From Paramecium tetraurelia (Eukaryota): DNA of 64,000 bases. Position 1 is the stretch's first letter. Each line of letters starts with the position of its first letter. A model generated the notes under the pieces. It made no database searches. It was not told where the DNA came from and was given only the letters and a program-made list of their open reading frames with translations. Made by a program: the position numbers and the translations under genes. This document shows positions 54,007 through 64,000 of the stretch, in pieces. The DNA lies in NCBI GenBank assembly GCA_000165425.1, contig CT867997.1:310001-374000 (forward strand), in the 5' to 3' direction.

Positions 54007-55480
54007 TCAATCTGATATAAAAGCTTTTTATCTATCCAAACCTTTTTAAGGGACTTCGCTTTAAATTATAAAATTAATTATACTCTTCTTCATTGCCTGA
54101 AGGTCTTTTATCTGAATTTTGTTATTAAATAATTTCCTTCTCTTATTTTAATCTATCCACATTTAATCTATGGACATTTCCAGGTGTATATGGACTCGAT
54201 CTTCTTTAAGAGTATCTTCTCTCAGGAGTAGCGTCATTCTTAATCAACACTCCTGAGATGTATGGTTTTTAAGGAGAATATCTTCTAGTTCTTTTATTGG
54301 AATATTCATCTAGTTTGTGTCTTAGTATAATGTCAAAATATACCTAATATTTTAAACTCTTTTTTGAATATTTTAAGATTCAATAGACTCAGCAGGTTTT
54401 AAATCAATTCTATGTTGTACTGTCTTCAAACTCTTTTTACAATTAAAACCCTATAAGCCTTTCTATTGAACTTCATATGGATTTATTTAATGAGTGTCAC
54501 AATGAAATAGTTCTCCAATATAATTTTACAAATCTCCCTTTAATCTTTTGGTTTTCTAGGATCTTCTAATGTGATCATTTTCATCAAAATTTGAGGGCTG
54601 TTAGAAGTTCTTAGGACTTCTAAATTAATCTTTAGGACGTGCCAGTTTTGGAGATAATATTTTGATGTTATTGGAATCATAGATGAATGTTTTTGATTAT
54701 TAGTTTGTTGAATAGTTGCCTCTTTTGTGAATGATACTATGTTAAGAGTCTAAATAACTTTTTTTAGGTAATGTCACTTTTCCAATGACAACAATTTAAC
54801 TTTCAACTAATGGCTATTCAAGTTTTTATTTTTATGCACCATCTGATGCATCTGCCTATTATGGGATTTCTGCCAATTTGGTTTGCATTTTACTAATTGA
54901 AAGTTCATTAAATTAAATTTAACTTTTTTTTGCCAAAAACTAAGAAAAAATATCACTTTCATTTGGAACCACTTCGTCCTTTTGTTTTTAATCAGTGCTT
55001 GTTTAAACCATTTCACCTAACTTTTTATATAAATCTTCAAGATTTTCACATCCTTAAATTTAAGATACTATTAACTTTTTTTTTTAAGGATCTCCCTTAA
55101 ACATCTTAGCATCCTTATCTTCCAAGATTACAAGCACTTCTAACTTTTCATCTATCATCTATAATTTATGCTAATTGGCTTTATAATTAAATTCCCATGA
55201 TTCCCAAATCTTAATAAAGTTTTCTTCATTTAAGTGTTAATCCTTAAACAATTCATTCCTAGGATGATAAGGAAACTTACAAGTTTAGACCTTTTGCATA
55301 GTCAGCAAAATCTTAAATTTACAATTCTTGAGCATTCTCTTTCACCAAACCTTTATATGCTTCTGATGGATTCTTGAACTTTTACTAAAGGTTTTTCTTT
55401 AGAATAACCCAATTCTCGAGATTTGCTTATTGAGTCTACAAGACTTGCTTCTATTTGGTTAATTCTTCGATTTCGGACAT
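54007..55480 (-). CDS. Hypothetical protein (degenerate EF-hand-like N-terminal part, low-complexity C-terminal part)
   Basis: ATG 31 bp after the GBP stop; MSEIEELTKQKQVLQTQQANLENWVILRKTFQQKFKNPSEAYKGL; ends GLDRQKAFISD* after a 25-nt intron. Confidence 0.65.
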
Positions 55481-55511
55481 GATATTATTAATTAATTAAA
55501 ATAAATTTTAT

Positions 55512-57746
55512 TCAATATTACTTTAAACTATTAATGAGTGCATCATTTTATTTCTTTTCTTCTTATATTTTATAATAGGCTTCTTGCAATTGTTTCCTTA
55601 TGTATTCCTTTTAATACTTCCATTCTTACAATGTATTTTCGCTTTGTTTTTGCATATTATTAATGAAGGCACAATCATTGGTGTTATGTTTTTATTATTT
55701 TCTGGCTGAATAATAATTTTCATTCTTTTTATCACCTTCAACCTCACCTCTGTTCTCTTTAATTTATATTTGATAATCCGATATCTATGAGTTCAATTTG
55801 AATATTTCTATTTTGAATTCGTTTAATTCTTATTAGTGTTCTTTCTCTTGTTGTTGATACAAATTTGAGAATTTATCAATGTTGACATTCGAATCAATCA
55901 CTCTTTATTCGAATTTAGATATTATAGATCTTAATTTGTTGAGTTCCTACTTATTTTGGTTGTCAATTGATTTTAACTATTAATTATGATCTTATTGTAA
56001 CTATTCTAATTATAATTTTATATCAGCTATAAGAGTTTCTGAAACAGAATTTCGTTTCTTCATTTACTCATTTTCAGCCTTCAATTTTTCAATCAGTTTA
56101 TCCTTTTATCTATTATCCTCTAATTGAAATTCTTAATAACTCTGTAGTTCTGTTTATAATCTTCTAATTTCAAGTTCTTATTTTGATTAAATTTGAATAT
56201 GCAAATTCGATAGATTTTTAATAATATGAAATTCGTGTTATATTCTTTGAACTGTACTTTCCCAAATCTATGTGATATAATTTTAAAGTTCATTGACATT
56301 GATATTTTTAGACAGATATTCTGAGACTGCATTATTTGCTATATCAACAATTCCCCAAAAGTCCTCTTTATCATAATGATGAATTTCGTCTATAAAATTG
56401 TTTTTTATTGTTTCTAATTAAATCAATTATATATCCTAATATCTTCTCTACGAATCATTAAACAATCTTTCCAAATCCTTCTTCACACTCTTCCATCTCT
56501 TCATAAAAATCTCTTTCTCACTATTCCCTTCTAAGTGATTCTTTATTTTCTTTAATAACTACAAATAAATTATTGAGTTTACAATTTAATTTAATTCCAC
56601 CAGATCTCCCAAATCTTGATCTTGAAAGAACTCTTCAATAGCTTATTTATAATACTCAATTTAAGTGTTGATATGATATTCAAACTCCTGCTCCTGAATC
56701 ATTTGCCATTAGGTTGCTATCTCAGGCAAAGTACCTTCATTTATTGCATCCACAAAATACCTAAATTAAATTTTCTAATACTTGGACATTTCAATAAAAG
56801 TAAATGGAGTTATGGCTTTGCCTTTGTATTGTTTGAACTATACTTTAAATGATAATTTCTTCCTCAAGGCAAGCACCTATTCCTGAAATTCAACTCTTAA
56901 TTCTTCAAAATTTATACTACTCAACTCTTAGAGTGCTTTTTCATCCTCTATAGGTCTTACAAGAGTGATGCAATCCCTCTCAGCAAAGAATTAAGAAATA
57001 TGTCTCCTAATTTTATTTTTATTTTCTATAGTTTCACTTATTCCTTTTAATGGTTTAAGAGCAGCTTCTAAATAATCCTTTGGAAGTATCTTATTCCCAT
57101 ACTCATCTTAAAGTCTTAGTGTGAAATCTCTCAAGATCCACAAAAAAGAAGGAAAGGTTTCAAATAAATCCTTTTATGTATTTTGATCTGCCTTCTGCAG
57201 CATTTTTGTTAAGTTAACCTACTTTAAATTATTAACTTACAATTAAACCCAAATTCTACAATGCCATATCATCTATAGTCCCAACACTATTATAAATAAA
57301 ATAGCTGCTCATTAACATTGCCAAAAGGAATACTTTAACATCATGATTCATATCTTCTTCAACTGACCCAATCCCTTCTGTATCAATTAAAATGGCTGGA
57401 ATTGGTTCCTTACTTCTGCTAGACTCAAAATAAATCAACTCGGACCACATCCATAAACCCTTAATATTATTCAATTTGTATTACTTTAGTACAAGCATTG
57501 ATAGTAGAACCTACTTCAAACCCTCTACTTTATTAAAGCAATAATTAATTAATTAGGTAGCTTTTTCCAGTTCGGTATTTGCCAACAACGACAATCACAG
57601 CAAAATTCTTGCATTTATCATTAAACGATTTTATTATCTATACAGCCTCCTAACAAAGGACTAATTCTATTAATTTCCTTTAATTTAATACTTTTTGTTT
57701 AAGGCTCAATTGCAATCAATTAAATAGCTCTTGGACTTTGTTGCAT
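55512..57746 (-). CDS. Guanylate-binding protein (GBP/atlastin-type GTPase) with a coiled-coil C-terminus
   Basis: VVVGKYRTGKSYLIN, GFEVGSTINACTKGLWMW, LIDTEGIG, FLWILRDF, RDCITLVRP. Confidence 0.93.
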
Positions 57747-58548
57747 AGTAAATTAATTTAACGATTAAGTTTTATAATTAATGTAATTTATGCAATAGTG
57801 AATAATTCATACACAAAAACAAAACGTTTGAACTTCTAATATTAATGCAGGAGGTCCAATTTGATTATATCTACTAAATGCTAAATACTAGTTTCTATAA
57901 ACTTAAAACGATCTAAATGAAGAATGTTCTAAAAAGAAACTTATACAAATAATAATAATAATTGAGGATGAATATATAATAGATCCTTAAATTAGAAAAA
58001 ATTCAATCTTTAATAAGGTCCAGTATTTTTACTTTAAAGAACTAATGGATATAGTGGATACTATTATGTATACCGTCTATCCCATTTAGTAATTATTGTA
58101 GAAAGTCAGGTTTTCAATACAGAACATTATAAGGCATAAATTATGGGCTATATATGGATAGAGGAAGTCCATTATCAAATATATTATATTTATAATGTAG
58201 CAATAATTTTATTTTAATAAACTTTGGATAATTTACTAAAGTCAATTATTTCTAATTAGTTTGTCTTTCTTATCATTTAATTTTTTCATTAGCCACTCTT
58301 TATCAGAATTACATAGGTTAGATAAAATGTGGTATTTAATGAATTTTTATAAAGATCTCAATCAAGTTATATGACAGCTCAGTGATTACAAAAATCTGCT
58401 TAATATAACTATTATGGGTTTGGGTTTTGTAATGTTAGTTGAACTAAATTGAAATATTGTTTGATTAAGTGATAAACTCTTAGTGAGAGAGTTATAAATT
58501 TATTCACATTTTTGTTTAATCTGTACATATTATTATATTTAATTAAAT

Positions 58549-60972
58549 ATGAACGTTTAATCAACTCACTAATCTACTTTACAGGACTTCTAAATTATTC
58601 AAGAATTGGGATCTGGTTCATTTAGCAACGTTTATAGAGTATACATAGTTTGTATTATTCTTAGGTCAAAAGGATTGCAGATGGATAAGAATATGCTTTA
58701 AAAAAAGTTAAAATAGCTAACCTGAAACCTAAGGAAAAATAGAATGCTCTAAATGAAGTGAGATTTTTATATTCTATTAATCACAAACATATTGTTGCAT
58801 ACAAGGTAAGTTCCTTTTTTGGAATTTTAGGAAGCCTTTATTGATGAACCGTCTTAATGCCTTTGCATAGTTATGGAACTACTGTCAGGCGGAGATGTCT
58901 ATAAAAAGATTTCTTAAGCCAGAGGTTCCACTCCCTTTACAGAAATAGACATCTGGAGAGCACTGATTCACATTACTTTAGGGTATTGTGAATTCATATA
59001 ATTGATAGATTGAAGGCTCTTCACGATTAAAAGGTAGTACATAGAGATCTAAAGTCTGCTAACGTTTTTTTATCAAGTGATGGAACTTTCAAACTTGGAG
59101 ATTTAAATGTTTCCAAAGTTGCCAAAGCAGGCTTTGTATATACATAAACAGGTACTCCATATTATGCCAGTCCAGAAGTATGGAGAGATTAACCATACGA
59201 TATGAAAAGTGATATCTGGTAATTATTTTTTTTATTTTTAAGGTCACTTGGATGTGTAATATATGAAATGTGTAGTTTGCAGACTCCATTCAGAGCAAAA
59301 GATATGGATTTGTTATTTCAAAAGGTCTAGAGAGGAACTTATGATTAAATACAAAGTCATTTTTCAAAAGATCTATCTCAAATGATCTCGAGCTTATTGC
59401 AAATATAGCCTCATCTAAGACCAACTTGTGATTAGATACTTGCTAATCCTATTGTTTAAAAACATATGAAGAATTTAGAAACTAACATAGAAACAAAACC
59501 AATTAATAAAACTCTTATGGAAACTATTCAATTTCCAAATAATTTTAAATAATTGAAAAATAAATTGCCAAAGGTATTATTAAATTAAATTATTAAGTCA
59601 AATTACGATGAAGTTAATCCAAATGTTAGTGCTGATAGAGTTTAAGACAACAAATCTACTGATAAATCTACAAGTCCATTTCGATACCCTCAACAATAAT
59701 ACCTACCTATTACCGAATCAGGAATCAGCCAAAGTTAAAGTTAAAGCCAAGTCAATGTAATATAAGCACAACAATCTTCTCCTTAGTAAATTAAAAATAA
59801 TTCTATTTTGGATAAAAATTCAATTGGCGTTCAGCAACCTCAACCTCAAATTCGCTAATAATCTTACAATAATAAAACTGAAAAGCCTCAGTCTGCCTAA
59901 CTTAATTCAAGATAAAATCCTTATGAAAGAGCACATGAATTGAAAGAACAAAAAGAAAGGGAAATCAGATAATAAAGAGAAAAAGACTAATTATTAAGAG
60001 AAAAACGAGAGAGAGATGCTAGAGAGGCTAAATTAGCCAAAGAAGCTAAGGAGAAATAAATCCAAGAAGCTAAAGAGAGATAAATCCAAGAAGCTAAAGA
60101 GAGATAACTTCAGGAAGCCAAACTTCGAGAGAGTAGAGAATAATAAAGGCTTTTAATGGAGAAGCAACAAAGAGAATAACAAGAATAACAGTAATTTAGA
60201 AGAGTTTCTCCAATCTCAGCTTAACCTCGAGACTATTAGAATGCTAACTATATGAACTAACAATAACCAAGAAGTCAACATTCCTATTCTCCTATCACTA
60301 GACAAGCGGAATAATAATAGGGTTATAAGTATTACATTATTTCTATTTAGTGGCTAAAGAGTCAATTATGGTAACTAATTGCAACAGAGACCAATAAATA
60401 GCCAGTCAATCAACGTGAGTCAAAACTATCCTAGTCAATATAGCAGACCCTATAATTAGGAAATACCTCAGCATAGAATATCATAAACTCCTTAATCTGC
60501 TGCTCCTAGACAATAATACAGTCCTTTTCAAAAGCCAGTTACAGAAAGGTACCCTGCTCATCCACAATCTGCTTTACCATCATCTAATATTAGAGAATCT
60601 TAGAAATCTGAAAGGCCTTAAGTGTTTCCATCCTCAGCCAAAGTTGTTAAATAAAGATAATCTGATACTAATTTGAAAAAAGAATTTTCATCACCCGCCT
60701 AATAATAGGCAATTAGGCCTGCTGGAAAAGCTTCAAGGCAATAATCCAATAATATTTTTTAACAAATAGACAGGATTAAGTCTGATCCTAAACCATAGAA
60801 TAACTTTATTGCTGGCAATTATAATCATTTCTATCCAATTGATAATTATCAGAGACATGCATCAGATTAGAATTTAATAAAATATTAGTAATAATTTTGG
60901 TTATATTATAGACTTCGATAATAAGATAGACAAGTATTACTACGTCCACAGATTAATAACAGAAAATATTGA
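58549..60972 (+). CDS. NIMA-related kinase (NEK) with a long Gln-rich tail
   Basis: LGSGSFSNV, NALNEVRFL, HRDLKSANVF, LGDLNVSK, TQTGTPYYASPEVW, KSDIWSLG. Confidence 0.95.
60051..60122 (+). repeat. 24-nt coding tandem repeat (3 copies) in the NEK tail
   Basis: GAGAAATAAATCCAAGAAGCTAAA, GAGAGATAAATCCAAGAAGCTAAA, GAGAGATAACTTCAGGAAGCCAAA encode EKQIQEAK ERQIQEAK ERQLQEAK. Confidence 0.85.
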
Positions 60973-61247
60973 GTTTGAACTATATTACTCAAGTTAAAAA
61001 ATTATCATTTTTACATTTATAATAAAATTATTCTAAAAATTCAATGTTCAATTAATCTATTCTAGATCTGAATTCTTATTAAGATTATGCTAATTATATG
61101 AGACTTTAGTGTTGATATGAGGGATAGGAGGAGTATTAATTCTTAGTGAGGTAGATGTATTTATTATTTTAATTTATTTTATTAGATTAAATTATTTAAA
61201 AATATTAGAATAAAAATAAAAAGATTTAAGAAATTTTAAATTTTGAC

Positions 61248-61831
61248 TCAACCTTCTGTTATTTGATTACTGAATAAAAATGGTGCTGACTTCAATTTAA
61301 TCAGTTTCCCCATTCTTTATTACAATTAACATTCATTCATTTTTTAGATGAACTCAATATCATGCAATTGACCCTTTTTACTCTCTATTGTTTCTTGGAT
61401 TATCTCATTTTTTCCCTATTAGCTTTTTTGCCCATTCAATATGATATTTGCAGCTCTAAGCTTCTAAATACAAGTTTAAAACTTAGTTTTTTTTAAGAAG
61501 TTTATTTATTTTTTCAAATCGAAATGTTCTAAATATAGTCGTAGTATAAGTTACTTTTTCTTGGTTATAAATATTTATTAAGATGCTGCGGAGTCAAAAG
61601 TCCTTGTTGAACTACTTTTTTTTCCATCTCATAACTCTAAAAGATGCGATTAACAAACTTTCTTTAATCGCCTTTCTTCAAACAAGGCAATGCAGAATCA
61701 AAATTGGATGTATGTTCAGACTCAGTATACATATTTCTTCCAGCTTAATGGATGTCTTAGATTAAAGTGCTCAATTTAATAGATTAATAAGTCTTGAAGG
61801 GTTCAAAAGATTGGAAATTTTTATTTCGCAT
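61248..61831 (-). CDS. Hypothetical protein
   Basis: Starts MRNKNFQSFEPFKTYQSIKL and ends KLKSAPFLFSNQITEG*. Confidence 0.6.
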
Positions 61832-62287
61832 ATATAAATAATATTAATATTTTCTATCTGAAAGTTTGTAAATAGAAGGCTTAGTTTGTTCATGTAATGT
61901 AATTATAATGTATGGAAACGGAATTATTAATTACAGTGATATATCAAAAAAACAGGAGCTACTTTTAACTGATATACTATTTATTTTTGGAAAGTATTAA
62001 AATTAAGTTTTTTATTGGAGAGTTAAAATGTATTTTCATTATTAAATAATATAATTTTGGAGGTAATACTTACAAGGGAAAGTTTATAAATAATTGCAGA
62101 TCTAATAGATATTAATAGTTTTTAAGGGGAACTCATAAGCCCTTTCACTCATTAAAGAAAAATAGAAAATTGGTGAAGAAATAATTTACTAGTATAAATT
62201 GATTAAGAATTTGAAATGAATATTTGAAGTGGGTTAAAACAAAGCGATTTTTGGTTTGATATATAAGGTTGATGTTTAATAATACAA

Positions 62288-64000
62288 TCAAGAATCCAAA
62301 AATGATTTCTAATGCAAAAACTTTATAAATGATTAAGTTAATTAGGTTTGATCAGTGTAGATATAGAAGGATAGTTTATTTTAATACACATTGTGTGTTT
62401 AGATTAAATCCATCATGGAAGGAAACACATTCATGAAATCTTTTTAGACTGAGTTGTTTTCATAATACACGTTTTGAGATTGCTGAACTGAATTATAAGG
62501 TCCTATTTTTTTGAGTAAAAAATTAGTTATAGGGTAGGTTAATATGAAGTCTTAATTGTTGTTGCTTTGAAAGTCTTCAAAAGACTTAGGATTTAGAATA
62601 ATTTGAGTTTACGGTTGAAGTTCAATAAATCTTTCGGTAAGAAAAGAGAACTCAAATTTGATTAATTTCTGAAAATCTGTTTTAGTGGGACTCTCTTCTG
62701 ATTCCAAGACCACTTTTTTTATGAAATCAAACTCTTTAATACAACTATTTTCTAGAGGAATATTCTCTTGTTTCAGCGGATTTAAGTTCAGTTCTGTTCT
62801 AATAGTTAATGTTATAATTGTATTGACATCTGCTTAAGCTAGACACTATTCAAAAATATTCATAACTATTTAAGAAAGAAATTTAGAATTGATTTTGACA
62901 TTGCAATCTTCTAAACACAGTTAGATAACAAATTTTTTCTTCAATGCATCTGACATATATTAGAAATAGGGTTCCAAATTTTTAATAAAATTCTTTAGAT
63001 TAACAACTTTATAACTTACTGAATCATTGTTTATTCTACAAGCATTTACAAAATAGTAAAAGTTTTAAAATTAATTCATTATTGATAGATTTAAGCATTT
63101 GATAGACCATACTTTATCATTGCCTACAGAATTCAGATTCAAGATGGCACTCGAAAGATTAGATAGCAATGCCAATATTTGATTTGACACAGAAGTGATT
63201 ATTTTATTGAGAAATTTGATTTGTTCTTCATTTTTAGTCATCACTTATTGTGGCTTCTCTTCTTTTAAAACAAATAAAAGGTAATTCTTTCCGTATGTAA
63301 GTTATCTAATATCAATACTGAGAATTTTATTTTTTTCCTTCTCGTTCTCAAAATACACTCCATCCAAATTCTCAATAAGTTTAAGATCATCGTGTTTTAT
63401 CGATAAATTTTGTTTAATTTTGTAAAAAGAGTACTCTTCCAATGTTTATCGCTTCTATTACACTTTTTTTGCTGACAAGTCTGCTGACTTTTGCATTGGA
63501 ATAGAGGACAAATCCACAAATGTAGGTATTTAATTCTTATGTGAAACCTATATATTCCTCAAAACTTCGATCATAGACTTTGTATCTTCAATATTTAATT
63601 AATTCTTAGCCTATTGATTTAAGAATTCTAGTTAAAAGGAATTGTTGTGTTCATTTAAACTTATTGCAAAGAAAGAATGTGGTACATATTCCTCTAGTAG
63701 TTCTCTATTATAAAACTACAATAGATTACCTATATTTAGCATTCAGATGGGTGTAAGAAAACGCTAATCTAAACATAAATTCATTGTAATGGGAGTATAT
63801 GACAACCAAAAATTGTGATGCAAACATGAGGATGATATATGAGAAATCTTAGTTAGTAAGAGCGTCTAATATATATAGTTAAACTGTAGGAACAATTACA
63901 AATGCTAATAGTCTTAAGCGAAAACTGCTAAAGAGATACTGGATAACTGAAATTGACCCACTGTAAAATCCATACAAATAGAGAGCCCTAAAATCGAGAG
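62288..64000 (-). CDS. Transmembrane histidine-kinase-like protein with degenerate HisKA/HATPase region (5' truncated)
   Basis: TM helices, a PAS-like segment (LLEEYVPHSFFAI...LEFLNQQA), N-box-like FLSQIVMNIF, LLKKIGPY and NKLSFYIYTD; no recognisable H-box His. Confidence 0.65.

Noticed and set aside
54007..57746. A single long GBP gene spanning both ORFs
   Set aside because: A TGA at 55512-55514 is followed by A/T-rich spacer with no AG acceptor and then a new ATG at 55480, so two genes fit better.
57845..58385. TGA-free frame of about 180 codons between GBP and NEK
   Set aside because: No family motif or intron evidence; it may be a gene relic but cannot be supported.
58416..58427. GGGTTTGGGTTT, two Paramecium-type telomeric units
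   Set aside because: Only 12 nt; too short to distinguish from chance or to call an internal telomere-addition site.

Overview
AT-rich, gene-dense eukaryotic DNA that reads as a ciliate macronuclear chromosome, most likely Paramecium. TAA/TAG are read as Gln, TGA is the only stop, introns are tiny GT-AG introns (about 21-34 nt), and many intergenic gaps are under 60 bp. The supplied standard-code ORF track is therefore largely misleading; I re-translated by eye with genetic code 6, so boundaries (especially starts) are manual estimates. The window holds about 35 protein genes and one tRNA-Gly(TCC). Recognisable products include WDR24, PEX1, a CDPK, EF-hand proteins, an ankyrin-bromodomain protein, a TTD14-like protein, an arrestin, a VTT protein, peroxisomal hydratase 2, a DHHC enzyme, a TBC GAP, cytochrome b5, a Trf4-like nucleotidyltransferase, PEX11, a SHIPPO-repeat protein, a rhomboid, kinases, RPLP2, RPL13, SF-assemblin, an HTH protein, a RING-H2 ligase, ATG8, eIF4E, a GBP, a NEK and a histidine-kinase-like protein. 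Most notable: an inverted duplication of about 850 bp carrying a divergent ATG8 whose second copy is a pseudogene; a full-length but multiply disrupted KIF-binding-protein pseudogene; an ankyrin-bromodomain protein with an EF-hand-like N-terminus inside a Ca2+-sensor cluster; several probable pseudo-enzymes; and a perfect 18-bp hairpin downstream of PEX1. I found no clearly new multi-gene system.
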